This document shows, piece after piece, positions 46,217 through 55,929 of a stretch of 64,000 bases of DNA (position 1 is its first letter; every line of letters starts with the position of its first letter). The stretch covers positions 2,711,737 to 2,775,736 of the forward strand of contig OZ242340.1 of the NCBI GenBank assembly GCA_965208525.1, read 5' to 3'. Below the pieces are notes generated by a model, which was not told the origin of the DNA, searched no databases, and saw only the letters and a list, made by a program, of their open reading frames with translations. The translations under genes and the position numbers were made by a program. This DNA comes from Pseudomonadales bacterium (GTDB lineage: Bacteria > Pseudomonadota > Gammaproteobacteria > Pseudomonadales > Azotimanducaceae).

Positions 46217-48597
46217 CGGCGCCGCCGCTCACCGGCACACGCGTCGTCGATGCCACCACACGCTGGGGCGAAATGGCGGGACGCATCCTCGCGGAGCTTG
46301 GTGCCGACGTCATCAAGATCGAGCCGGCCGCTGGGTGTGATTCCCGCCGCGTGGGGCCATTCCACGAGGGAGAGTCGCTGTACTGGGCGGCGATGGGCGC
46401 CGGCAAGCACAGCGTGGTTGCGGACGACCCGGAGCCGTATCTCTCGGACGCGGATGTATTCATCGAGTCGGGCTTCCGCGGGGCGCTGAATGAGCGCTTT
46501 CCGCGCTTGATCCATGCCTGCGTGACGCCGTTTGGCCTCGGTGGCCCGTTGGCGGATGCGCCAGCCGCCGAGGTCACCGTCGAAGCCGCGGGGGGCCTCG
46601 TCAACCTGCAAGGCAACGGCGACCGACCGCCGCTGCCCATGGGCGCAATGCCGCAGGCTGCGTTCCATGCCGGCGCGCAGGCGGCGGCGGACATCGTGGT
46701 GGCGCTCAACGCGCGGGAAGGCTCGGGGCTGGGGCAACGGCTGGATGTTTCCGCGCAGGCATGCATCGTCTGGACTCTGATGAATGCCACCGGCTTTCCG
46801 CCGAACACCGGGCGCAACCCACCGGGCACCAGCGAGTTTCGTGGCCAGTTGCCGCCCTTGGTCGCACCGGGTCTCAAGCTGCCGAACATCGTGCGCTGCC
46901 GCGACGGCCATGCCCAGCTTCGCTTGCAGATGCCGGTGATCGGCGAGCGCACCTTCCATGCGCTACTGCGTTGGGCGGAGGAAAGCGGGCTCGACGTGCC
47001 CGACGCGTTGCGCGGACGAGACATGACCGGCTGGCTGGCGGCGCTGGCAGCCGGCGAGGTGAAAGCGGAAGACGTGGGCATCGCGGCGGAACGTGTCGTG
47101 GATGTCTTGGCGCTGCACACGAAGCGCGAGATCCAGTCGTTCTCGGCGAAGCACGGTCTCACCCTTGCCGCCATCTACACGGTCGCCGATCTCGCCACCG
47201 ATCCGCAGCTCGAAGACCGTGACTACTGGGTGCATTGTGACGGGCGGCGCTACGCAGGTCCGTTCGCCCGGCTGTCCCGAACGCCGCTGTCGCGTGCCCG
47301 CCACGCCCCGGCGATCGGCGAGTCCATGGCGAGCACGCGAACTGCGACCGATGTGCAGGACAAGACGCCCGCCGATCAGGCCAACCTGGACGCGCGCCGG
47401 CAGGCACCTTCTTCGTCGCGGCGTGTTTCGTCGGCTTTCGAGGGGCTGCGCGTGGCCGACTTCAGTTGGGTGGGTGTCGGTCCCATGATCGGCAAGGCGC
47501 TGGCGGATCATGGCGCGACGGTGGTGCGCATCGAGTCCTCGAGCCGGCTCGACCTCCTGCGCACGTCGGCACCCTTCAAGGACGGCAAGCGCCACCCCGA
47601 CCGGGCGCAGTTCATGGCCAACTTCAACACCTCCAAGCGCGGCATCACGCTGGACCTCAAGAATCCGGAGGGCCAACGGGTCGCCCGGCGCATGGCGGAT
47701 TGGGCAGACGTGGTGCTCGAGAGCTTCTCGCCGGGCACGATGGCTCGCTTTGGCCTCGACTGGGACGCGCTCTCGAGCGAGCGCGACGACCTCATCATGC
47801 TGTCCACCTGCATGCGAGGCCAGACGGGGAGGGAGCGAACCTACTCCGGTTTCGGCGGCCAGGGCGCAGCCATTGCGGGGCTCTTTGGGCTGGTCGGCTG
47901 GCAAGACCGTCCGCCTTCCGGGCCGTGGGGCGCCTACACGGACTTCATCACCCCTCGCTTCGCCACCGCTACCCTCGGCGCCGCGCTCCTGCACAGGCAG
48001 CGCACGGGCAAGGGGCAGTACATCGATGTCTCGCAGATCGAGTGCGGCATTCGCTTCCTCGAACCGTTGGTGCTCGAACACGCGGCCAACGGCAACGTCG
48101 CCACCCGATTGGGACAGGGCTCGCCACAGCTCGATCCACACGGCGTCTTCGCCTGTCGTGGCACCCATCGCTATGTCGCCGTGGGCGTGGAGACAGACGC
48201 CGAGCGCGAGGCGCTGGCGAGTGCCATCGGGCATGCTTGCGCAGATGCCAGCGCCGGTCTCGATGGGGCGTTAACGTCGTGGTGCGCGTCGCGCGATGCC
48301 TTCGCCGCCGCAGCCTGCTTGCGCGATCACGGCGTGCCGGCGCATGTCGTCGCTCGCCCTGCGGACCTCTACCACGACGAGCAGCTGGCGCACCGTCACT
48401 TCTTCGTGACGCTGAACCATCCTGTCATGGGTCCCACGCCCTACGACGGCCCGGCCACCATCTACTCCCGTACGCCGCCGCGCCTGCGGACGCCAGCGCC
48501 ATGTCTCGGCCAGCACAATCGCGAGGTGATGGGTGGGATGCTGGGCATCGACGGCGCCGAATACGAACGCCTGCGCGCGGCCGGCGCCTTCGGCTAG
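46213..48597 (+). CDS. Double-domain family III CoA-transferase (two CaiB-like modules fused)
   Basis: First module 'GTRVVDATTRWGEMAGRILAELGADVIKIE'. Second module begins 'FEGLRVADFSWVGVGPMIGKALADHGATVVRIE'. 794 aa. 4-bp overlap with the upstream gene. Confidence 0.8.
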   Translation: MTAPPLTGTRVVDATTRWGEMAGRILAELGADVIKIEPAAGCDSRRVGPFHEGESLYWAAMGAGKHSVVADDPEPYLSDADVFIESGFRGALNERFPRLIHACVTPFGLGGPLADAPAAEVTVEAAGGLVNLQGNGDRPPLPMGAMPQAAFHAGAQAAADIVVALNAREGSGLGQRLDVSAQACIVWTLMNATGFPPNTGRNPPGTSEFRGQLPPLVAPGLKLPNIVRCRDGHAQLRLQMPVIGERTFHALLRWAEESGLDVPDALRGRDMTGWLAALAAGEVKAEDVGIAAERVVDVLALHTKREIQSFSAKHGLTLAAIYTVADLATDPQLEDRDYWVHCDGRRYAGPFARLSRTPLSRARHAPAIGESMASTRTATDVQDKTPADQANLDARRQAPSSSRRVSSAFEGLRVADFSWVGVGPMIGKALADHGATVVRIESSSRLDLLRTSAPFKDGKRHPDRAQFMANFNTSKRGITLDLKNPEGQRVARRMADWADVVLESFSPGTMARFGLDWDALSSERDDLIMLSTCMRGQTGRERTYSGFGGQGAAIAGLFGLVGWQDRPPSGPWGAYTDFITPRFATATLGAALLHRQRTGKGQYIDVSQIECGIRFLEPLVLEHAANGNVATRLGQGSPQLDPHGVFACRGTHRYVAVGVETDAEREALASAIGHACADASAGLDGALTSWCASRDAFAAAACLRDHGVPAHVVARPADLYHDEQLAHRHFFVTLNHPVMGPTPYDGPATIYSRTPPRLRTPAPCLGQHNREVMGGMLGIDGAEYERLRAAGAFG

Positions 48598-48718
48598 GGG
48601 GCCTGCGAAGTTTCCGCGACGCAGTCCCCACAAAGCGACGTTTTCTGTCGCACCGCTTTTTCGCCGTGCGCCTGGTGTCGTACAATCGCGCAGATCGCAG
48701 TTATGTGACAGGTGGCCC

Positions 48719-49735
48719 ATGCGCAAGGCAGGCGACACGATCATGCGCTCGCTGACGATGCTGCAGGTGATTCCGGTGCAGCCCCGTTCCAAGACCACGC
48801 GGGAAATCGGCGAGGAACTGCTCGCGGTGGACCCCGACTACGAGGTGGACATCCGCTCGATCCAGCGCAGCCTCGAGAAACTCTCTGCCATCTTCCCAAT
48901 CAGCAGCGAGCGGGACGGTCGTGCCAACCGCTGGTTCTGGACTCAAAAGGACGCCATCACCCAAATCCCGGCGATGAGCCGGGAGACGGCCTTCGCGCTG
49001 AAGCTCGCGGGCGAGTACCTCAAGCCCATCATGCCGCCCTCCACCCTGCGTCTGATCGCCGGTCACCTGCGCGCCGCCGACGAGATGCTCAAGGGCGAGT
49101 CGAAGCTCGGCGCATGGGCGCGCAAGGCGCGCATCGTCGAACGGGGCATTGCCATGACACCGCCGAGCGTGCGTCAGGACGTGATCGAGGAGGTGTATCG
49201 GGCACTGCTCGACGACCAGCGCATCGAGGTCACATGCAGCGCCCCCGGGGAGCGGGCCACGCGACGGGTGTTGAATCCCCTTGGGGTCGTCTTCCGGGGC
49301 GGCATCATCCATCTGGTGGCCACAGAGGAAGGCGAGGAGGGCGAGGGCGAAGTGCAGCATTTCGTGCTGCATCGGCTGTCGAATCCCACCGTGCTGGCGG
49401 AGGCAGTGCAACGTCCGCGCGGGTTCAGCCTGTCGCGCCACCTCGACGAGACGGAGGAGTTCTCGTCTGAGGTGGGCGCCGGCAAGCTCAAGCTGCGAGC
49501 GGCGTTTCAGCCCGAGGCGTTCGGTCAGCTAGGCGACGCCAAGCTCGCGTCCGATCACCGCACAACCATGCGACGCGACGGCCGCATCCTCGTCGAGGCC
49601 ACGGTTGCCGACTCGGATGAGCTCCGCACTTGGCTCATGGGCTTCGGCGCAATGGTGGAAGTGCTGTCGCCAAAGCGCCTGCGCAACGAATTCACGGCGC
49701 ACGCCGAAGCCCTGCACGCGGCCTACGTCGGATAG
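48719..49735 (+). CDS. WYL-domain transcriptional regulator (HTH-WYL-WCX; YafY/PafBC/BrxR-type architecture)
   Basis: N-terminal wHTH '...TREIGEELLAVDPDYEVDIRSIQRSLEKLSAIFPI', a central WYL-like beta-region 'RRVLNPLGVVFRGGIIHLVA' and a C-terminal WCX-like '...ELRTWLMGFGAMVEVLSPKRLRNEF'. Alternative start at 48743. Confidence 0.7.
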   Translation: MRKAGDTIMRSLTMLQVIPVQPRSKTTREIGEELLAVDPDYEVDIRSIQRSLEKLSAIFPISSERDGRANRWFWTQKDAITQIPAMSRETAFALKLAGEYLKPIMPPSTLRLIAGHLRAADEMLKGESKLGAWARKARIVERGIAMTPPSVRQDVIEEVYRALLDDQRIEVTCSAPGERATRRVLNPLGVVFRGGIIHLVATEEGEEGEGEVQHFVLHRLSNPTVLAEAVQRPRGFSLSRHLDETEEFSSEVGAGKLKLRAAFQPEAFGQLGDAKLASDHRTTMRRDGRILVEATVADSDELRTWLMGFGAMVEVLSPKRLRNEFTAHAEALHAAYVG

Positions 49736-49811
49736 TTCCTGTAGCGCTTGCCTGGGGAAGCCGACTCGCTTGGTTGGGTGCTGCACCGTGTCCGGTGCCT
49801 TGACCGGAGCC

Positions 49812-50786
49812 CTAAACGTAAGGAACCCCCTGCGTCTCCACATACAGCGAGTACAGCGACTGCGAGCCGGTCATGAACAGCCGGTTGCGCTTCACGCCGC
49901 CGAAGCAGACGTTGGACACGCCCTCCGGCAGGTGGATTTCACCGATCTTGTCCCCGTCGGGCGCGAACACGTGGACGCCGTCGTAGCCATCGCCGCCCCA
50001 GCCGGCGGCTGACCAGACGTTGCCGTCCACATCCACGCGAATGCCGTCCGAACTGCCGGCACCCATGTCGCAGAATACGCGGGGGCTCGCAAGCGTTGCA
50101 TTGTCCACGACGTCGAACGCCGTGATGTGGTGCGGATGCCCGGGCACGTGCGAGGCGCCGGTGTCCACAAGGTAGAGCGTCTTGTAGTCGGGCGAGAAGG
50201 CGAGCCCGTTCGGCTTTTCCAGGCTCTCGTCCACCACCGCGGCTTCGAGCGTTTCCGGCGCCAGCCGATAGACGCGCGTTGGCAGCTCGAACGGCGCCTT
50301 GTGGCCTTCGTAGTTGACGTGAATGCCATAGCCGGGGTCCGTGAACCAGATGCCGCCGTCCGCGTGCACCACGACGTCGTTTGGCGCGTTCAGGCGCTTG
50401 CCCTCGAAGCGATCCATGAGCACGGTGACGGTGCCGTCGTGCTCGGTGCGCGTGACCCGACGGGACCCGTGCTCGCAGGTGACGAGTCGGCCTTGCCGGT
50501 CTCTGGTGTTGCCGTTGGCGTTGTCGGCCGGAGAACGCCAGACGGTTACCTCGCCGGTGATCTCGTCGAAGCGCAGGATGCGGTCGTTCGGGATGTCGCT
50601 CCACAAGAGGTAGCGCCCGTCGCCGAACCACACCGGCCCTTCCGCCCAGCGACAGCCGACATAAAGCCGCTCCACGGCGGCGCTGCCCAGCACATAGCGG
50701 CGAAAGCGCCGATCCAGAACCTGCACGGCGGGGTCTGGGTAGCGCACCGGCTCGTTCCAGTCGCGCGATGGGGTGGCACCGTCCAT
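49812..50786 (-). CDS. SMP-30/gluconolactonase/LRE-family lactonase
   Basis: 'GPVWFGDGRYLLWSDIPNDRILRFD', 'NAPNDVVVHADGGIWFTDPGYG' and 'SSDGIRVDVDGNVWSA' are typical six-bladed propeller lactonase motifs. ATG at 50786 (MDGATPS). Confidence 0.75.
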   Translation of the reverse strand: MDGATPSRDWNEPVRYPDPAVQVLDRRFRRYVLGSAAVERLYVGCRWAEGPVWFGDGRYLLWSDIPNDRILRFDEITGEVTVWRSPADNANGNTRDRQGRLVTCEHGSRRVTRTEHDGTVTVLMDRFEGKRLNAPNDVVVHADGGIWFTDPGYGIHVNYEGHKAPFELPTRVYRLAPETLEAAVVDESLEKPNGLAFSPDYKTLYLVDTGASHVPGHPHHITAFDVVDNATLASPRVFCDMGAGSSDGIRVDVDGNVWSAAGWGGDGYDGVHVFAPDGDKIGEIHLPEGVSNVCFGGVKRNRLFMTGSQSLYSLYVETQGVPYV

Positions 50787-51124
50787 TTTTTTGCCTCTTG
50801 CATTGAAATCCCTTGCAACCTGAGCCCTCCGCCCCTCGGAATGGCTCGTCGCCTTGGCTCCGTGGCCGCCGACGATAGGCCCTCGATTGTATGTGCCGGA
50901 GACCGAAACGGGCGGTCCTCGAGGGACGTGTGCTCGTTCGAGCGACCGCACCGCCCCGTCGCGGCGTCACGAGTCGGACTGATATCTTACTGATACCAAA
51001 AATGGGCGTTTGCGCTATTTCGCCTCTGCACCCCTCGCTTGGTGGCGCCAGTGGCGCTGCTGGGGCTTCTGATATCTGTTGCCCGAAGAGGCAACCGTGA
51101 GAAGGAAAAGAGAGGAGAAACGAA

Positions 51125-51865
51125 ATGATCAGAGTTGTAATCGCGGATCACCACCGGCTGTTTCGGTCGGGACTGAGGAGATTGTTGAACGACACGCGCA
51201 CGATCGACATCGTTGCGGAAGCCGGTTCCGGCGATGCGCTGGTGGACATCGCAAGAGACCTTCGGCCGCATGTAGTGCTGGTGGAGATCGCCATGCCGGG
51301 CATTGGCGGGCTGGAGGCGGCTCGGCGTGTCATCAGGCTCGGCAAGGACATCCGGGTGGTCGTCGTCACCGGCGCATACGACGAACCGTATGCGGCGCAG
51401 GCACTGCGGGTGGGTGTGAGCGGCTTCGTCACGAAGAGTTCGTCAAGTGAAGACGTGGTGACGGCCATCAAGTGCGCGCACGCGGGTCAGCGGTTCGTCA
51501 GCAGCGACGTGGCGCAGCGGCTGGCCTTTCGCTCGTTTGAGGAGGACGTGGGATCGCCGTTCGACCAGCTCTCGTCGAGAGAGATGCAGATCACGCTCAT
51601 GGTGATCAACTGCCACCGCGTGCAGGACATTTCCGACAACCTGCACCTGTCGCCAAAGACGGTGAACAGCTGCCGCTACCGCATCTTCAACAAGCTGAGT
51701 GTGTCGAGCGATGTGGAACTGGCTCTCCTCGCAGTCAAGCACGGAATGATCAACCCGAAGTTCGGCAACGTCGGCGCGACCCGCATCGGCGAATCGTGGG
51801 GCGAACGGTTGCTGCCAGCGCACAGTGAGGGGCTGCCGTCCCGACGCACCGCGTCGCTGCCCTGA
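51125..51865 (+). CDS. gacA: Two-component response regulator, GacA/UvrY (NarL/FixJ family), with ~25-aa C-terminal extension
   Basis: Near-colinear with E. coli UvrY: 'VVLVEIAMPGIGGLEA', 'DVAQRLAF', 'SPFDQLSSREMQITLMVI' and 'LSPKTVNSCRYRIFNKL'. Sits immediately upstream of uvrC. Confidence 0.9.
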   Translation: MIRVVIADHHRLFRSGLRRLLNDTRTIDIVAEAGSGDALVDIARDLRPHVVLVEIAMPGIGGLEAARRVIRLGKDIRVVVVTGAYDEPYAAQALRVGVSGFVTKSSSSEDVVTAIKCAHAGQRFVSSDVAQRLAFRSFEEDVGSPFDQLSSREMQITLMVINCHRVQDISDNLHLSPKTVNSCRYRIFNKLSVSSDVELALLAVKHGMINPKFGNVGATRIGESWGERLLPAHSEGLPSRRTASLP

Positions 51866-51985
51866 GGGCGGCCTCGCGACTCTCGGGGGGCCCCGCGGGC
51901 GGACGCTGGCATTTGCCGAAACCGCCGAGCGTGTTGACAATGCACGGGCATGGCAGATTACCGTTCGGACACGGGTGCCCCTCGG

Positions 51986-53875
51986 ATGGGCAAGCACCGC
52001 CGGGGGCGTGAGCAACCGGCGGAGGGGGCCTCCCTTGAACTGCCGGCGGCAACCGAGGCCGTTTCAGTGGATTTCGAGGCCTTGCTCAAGAACCTGACCA
52101 CGAAGCCTGGCGTGTATCGCATGGTGGGGGCAGGTGGTGAGGTGCTCTATGTCGGCAAGGCGCGCAACCTCAAGGCGCGGGTGACCAGCTACTTCCGGGC
52201 ATCCGGCCTCACCACCAAGACGATGGCCATGGTGGCCCGGCTCGAAGGCGTGGAAGTGACGGTCACGTCCAGCGAGACCGAGGCGCTGCTGCTCGAACAG
52301 AGCCTCATCAAGGAACATCGACCGACGTACAACGTCGTGTTGCGGGACGACAAGTCCTACCCCTACATCCACCTCACCGACCACGCCTTTCCGCGGCTGA
52401 CGCTGTATCGCGGCTCGCGCAAGGCGCCGGGGCGCTACTTCGGCCCGTATCCGAGCGCCGGCGCGGTGCGCGACAGCATCAACGTGCTGCAGAAGCTGTT
52501 CGGCATTCGCCCGTGCGAGGACGGCTTCTACAAGAATCGCTCGCGTCCGTGCCTGCAACACCAGATCGGCCGTTGCAGCGCACCGTGCGTGGGGCTCGTC
52601 ACCCGCGAGCGCTACGCCGAAGACCTGCGCCTCGCGCAGATGTTCCTCGAAGGGCGCAGCCAAGCCATCCTGGAAGAGTTCAAGGGGCGCATGGAGGAAG
52701 CGTCGTCGAAGCTGGAGTTCGAGCGGGCGGCGCGATTTCGCGACCAGATCCAGCACTTGCGGCGGGTGCAGGAGAACCAGTATGTGCATGGCGATGGCGG
52801 CGACGTGGACGTATTTGGCGTGGCCCTCGCCTCGGGGCAAGCCTGCGTGCAGGGGCTCTTCGTGCGTGGCGGTCGTCTCCTTGGCAACCGCAACTGGTAT
52901 CCGCGGAACGAGTTGGGCCTCGGCGAGCAGGACCTCTTGTTCGCGTTTCTGTCGCAGTATTACCTCGGCGGTGCGGAGCGCGAACTGCCGAAGTCGGTGG
53001 TGGCGCCCCTTGCCGCCGCGGACGCGGAGCTGCTTGCGCGAGCGTTGGCGGAGAAGGCCGGGCGGGCGGTGGCCGTGGCGAGCGTGGTGCGGTCGCAGCG
53101 GGCGCGCTGGGCGAGCATGGCGCGGGACAATGCGGAGCTTTCGCTGCAAACGCTGCTGGCGGACCGCAAGAACGTGCTTGGCCGCTTCGTGGCGTTGCAG
53201 GAGGCGCTCGAATGGGAAGACACGCCGCAGCGGCTCGAATGCTTCGACATCAGCCACTCGGCTGGCGAGGCGACGGTGGCATCCTGTGTCGTGTTCGACA
53301 CCGAGGGGCCGTTGAAGTCCGACTATCGTCGCTTCAACATTGAGGGCGTGCCTCGGGGCGACGACTACGGTGCCATGGAGCAAGCGCTTCGGCGACGTTA
53401 CACGCGCCTCAAGCAAGGCGAGGGCGCGCTGCCGGACGCCCTCGTGATCGATGGCGGCAAGGGCCAGGTGGGACGGGCCGTGGAAGTGCTGGAAAACCTG
53501 CAAATCGACGACGTGGCGGTGCTGGGCGTCGCCAAGGGGCCTTCACGCAAGGCCGGTCTCGAATCGGTGCTGCTTGCCGGGCGGGGGGAGCTTGCGCTGC
53601 CACCGAACGGTCCCGCCATGCATCTGTTGCAGCACATCCGCGACGAGGCGCATCGCTTCGCCATCACTGGGCATCGCGGCCGCCGGCAGAAGAAGCGGCG
53701 CCAGTCGGTGCTGGACGGCATACCCGGCGTGGGCGCGAAGCGAAAGCGACAACTGCTGACGCATTTCGGTTCGGTGGCGTCGGTGCAGGGGGCCAGCATC
53801 GAGGAGATCGCCAAGGTGCCGGGCATCAGCACCAAGCTCGCGGACGAGATTCATGGAACGCTCCATGCGACTTGA
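51986..53875 (+). CDS. uvrC: Excinuclease ABC subunit C
   Basis: 'KPGVYRMVGAGGEVLYVGKARNLKARVTSYF' (GIY-YIG), a UvrBC-interaction region and C-terminal RNaseH-like/HhH domains. Start uncertain (alternative GTG at ~52067). Confidence 0.9.
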   Translation: MGKHRRGREQPAEGASLELPAATEAVSVDFEALLKNLTTKPGVYRMVGAGGEVLYVGKARNLKARVTSYFRASGLTTKTMAMVARLEGVEVTVTSSETEALLLEQSLIKEHRPTYNVVLRDDKSYPYIHLTDHAFPRLTLYRGSRKAPGRYFGPYPSAGAVRDSINVLQKLFGIRPCEDGFYKNRSRPCLQHQIGRCSAPCVGLVTRERYAEDLRLAQMFLEGRSQAILEEFKGRMEEASSKLEFERAARFRDQIQHLRRVQENQYVHGDGGDVDVFGVALASGQACVQGLFVRGGRLLGNRNWYPRNELGLGEQDLLFAFLSQYYLGGAERELPKSVVAPLAAADAELLARALAEKAGRAVAVASVVRSQRARWASMARDNAELSLQTLLADRKNVLGRFVALQEALEWEDTPQRLECFDISHSAGEATVASCVVFDTEGPLKSDYRRFNIEGVPRGDDYGAMEQALRRRYTRLKQGEGALPDALVIDGGKGQVGRAVEVLENLQIDDVAVLGVAKGPSRKAGLESVLLAGRGELALPPNGPAMHLLQHIRDEAHRFAITGHRGRRQKKRRQSVLDGIPGVGAKRKRQLLTHFGSVASVQGASIEEIAKVPGISTKLADEIHGTLHAT

Positions 53876-54455
53876 ACTGACATCGCTCAACCTGCCGAAC
53901 GTCCTCACCATCGCGCGCATCGCGCTGATCCCGGTGTTCGCGCTCATCTATTTCTTCGCCGACGAACACTACTGGGTGGCGTCGCTGTTCTTCGGTGCCG
54001 CCGCCTTCACCGACTGGCTGGACGGCTATCTGGCGCGGCGCCTGAACCAGACCACGCGCTTTGGCGCCTTCCTGGATCCGGTCGCGGACAAGCTGATCGT
54101 GGTCACGGCGCTGGTGCTCTTGATCGGCAACCACGCCAACCTGCTGCTGACGATTCCGGGCGTGGTCATCATCGGACGCGAAATCGTCATCTCGGCCTTG
54201 AGAGAGTGGATGGCGGAGATGGACCGGCGCGGCGTGGTGGCCGTGTCCTGGATCGGGCGGGCCAAAACGACGATGCAAATGGTCGCGATCTTCATGCTGC
54301 TGGCGAATCCACCCGTGCTCGGACGCCCGTGGGTGATCGTTGGCCTCGTGCTGCTCTACGCCGCCGCGCTGCTGACGCTGTGGTCCATGGCAACGTACCT
54401 TCGCGCGGCCTGGCCCTCGCTGGTCGAGGGATTGAACTCAGACGACGAGGCGTAG
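53865..54455 (+). CDS. pgsA: CDP-diacylglycerol--glycerol-3-phosphate 3-phosphatidyltransferase
   Basis: 'NLPNVLTIARIALIPVF' and 'DWLDGYLARRLNQTTRFGAFLDPVADKL' (CDP-alcohol phosphatidyltransferase motif). Overlaps the uvrC stop. Confidence 0.9.
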   Translation: MRLELTSLNLPNVLTIARIALIPVFALIYFFADEHYWVASLFFGAAAFTDWLDGYLARRLNQTTRFGAFLDPVADKLIVVTALVLLIGNHANLLLTIPGVVIIGREIVISALREWMAEMDRRGVVAVSWIGRAKTTMQMVAIFMLLANPPVLGRPWVIVGLVLLYAAALLTLWSMATYLRAAWPSLVEGLNSDDEA

Positions 54456-54590
54456 GAGTTCGGACCCGTTGTTCACGTCGGCGCATGAACAGCGTCACCC
54501 GCAGAAGGGCCACGCATGCGTCGCCCTTGCGGTGCTAAGCACGGGGGACAAGCCTTGCCCCTACGCAGGTGATATGCTCGCGCGCCGTTC

Positions 54591-54664
54591 GGCTGGATGG
54601 CAGAGTGGTTATGCAGCGGACTGCAACTCCGTGTACGCCGGTTCGATTCCGACTCCAGCCTCCA
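54591..54664 (+). tRNA. tRNA-Cys (anticodon GCA), 74 nt including encoded CCA, discriminator U
   Basis: Position-by-position similar to E. coli tRNA-Cys. Perfect 7-bp acceptor (GGCTGGA/TCCAGCC), anticodon arm CGGA-CTGCAAC-TCCG and T-loop TTCGATT. One C48.A62 mismatch in the T-stem. Confidence 0.8.
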
Positions 54665-54722
54665 ACAACCTAAGGTTAGGTTGCTCGACGACCTGCCCCA
54701 CCCAAAATGGAATGGCCGTGAC

Positions 54723-55799
54723 TCAGGCGGGCAACGCCACCGTGATGGTGCTTTCCGCCGTCGCGAGCCCTGCCTGATTCTCGTTCCACACCGAAAGATC
54801 GACCAGGTTCTCGCCGTTTTCCACGTACTTGCGCGCCACCTTGCCGAATACGGTGTTGGTGTCGCCGACGACGTTGGGGTGGCGCACGCGAGTCTGCATT
54901 CGCTTCAAGGTGCCGTCGTCGCCCATCCAGTCGGTGGCCATTTGCGCTAGCCAGCAGACGCGCTGCGGGCCCCAGTCGAACTGGCCCGGCATGTTGCGGC
55001 GGTCGCGGGCGTGCTTTTCGTCGTAGCGGCCGCCGCCACCAAGGTCTTTCGAGTCCTCCGCTTCCAAGGCTCTGCGCGGGCTGCGTCCGGTGCCCACCAC
55101 GCCGTGGGTGAACAGGAACAGTTCCGTCACCGTGTAGGTGCCCTTGTAGAGCGTCGGCATGTCATCGCCTTCCTTCACCGCCGCCCAGCTTTGCGGCGTG
55201 GCGCCCTGCCGTTCGCGCTCGTAGACCAAGGGATCGGGCGACTCCTCGATCACCTGCGTCTTCTTCTCGCGGTCGTAGCGGATGGTCTTGCCGCCGCCCA
55301 AGTTGCGGTAGCGAGCCATGAGGGTGGTTTTCTCCGCCACCAGCTCCTGGCGCTGGTTGTGGTAGGTGATGCGCGCTTCGCAGATGCAGAAGTCGCCGAT
55401 GCGCTCGCTGTGCTTGCGCGTGATGCCGGTGACTTCCTCGCGGGCGCTGATGCGGTCGCCGGGCCAGATGGTGCGGTGGAAGTCGATGGTGCCGCCGGCG
55501 TAGTTCATCGGGAAGTAGCTCGACGACAGGCGGCGGCCGTCGATGCCGCCGTTGATGGCAAGCGCAATGCCCAGGCTCGCGCCATAGACGAAGATGGGCG
55601 GTGCGGTGACCATGCCGAAGCGGCTCTTGGCGGCGTGCTCCTCGTCGCGGTAGAGCGGGTTGTAGTCGCCGACGCCATCGCCAAAGCGGCGAATGTTGTC
55701 GAGGCTCGCTTCCCGCGCGCCCCGTGGCGCCAGCGCGTGGCCGATGGTCTTGCGGTATTCGTCCTCGAACTCGTCGAGGGTGGTGATGAGATCCGCCAC
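54723..55799 (-). CDS. MaoC-like (R)-specific enoyl-CoA hydratase/dehydratase, double hot-dog
   Basis: Two hot-dog halves with a long linker. GTG start at ~55799 is preceded by 'gggaggag' (MADLITTLDEFE...). Confidence 0.65.
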   Translation of the reverse strand: MADLITTLDEFEDEYRKTIGHALAPRGAREASLDNIRRFGDGVGDYNPLYRDEEHAAKSRFGMVTAPPIFVYGASLGIALAINGGIDGRRLSSSYFPMNYAGGTIDFHRTIWPGDRISAREEVTGITRKHSERIGDFCICEARITYHNQRQELVAEKTTLMARYRNLGGGKTIRYDREKKTQVIEESPDPLVYERERQGATPQSWAAVKEGDDMPTLYKGTYTVTELFLFTHGVVGTGRSPRRALEAEDSKDLGGGGRYDEKHARDRRNMPGQFDWGPQRVCWLAQMATDWMGDDGTLKRMQTRVRHPNVVGDTNTVFGKVARKYVENGENLVDLSVWNENQAGLATAESTITVALPA

Positions 55800-55929
55800 G
55801 TTCGCTCCTCCCGAAAAACTGGCCGCAACCGGCCAAAGGCGACTTCGCAACCTACCTTGCCGCCGCGCACGCTGTCAAAACGTCGCCGATTGGTGAACAA
55901 TGCAGAGGTGATGCAAGGGGAGGAGATCC

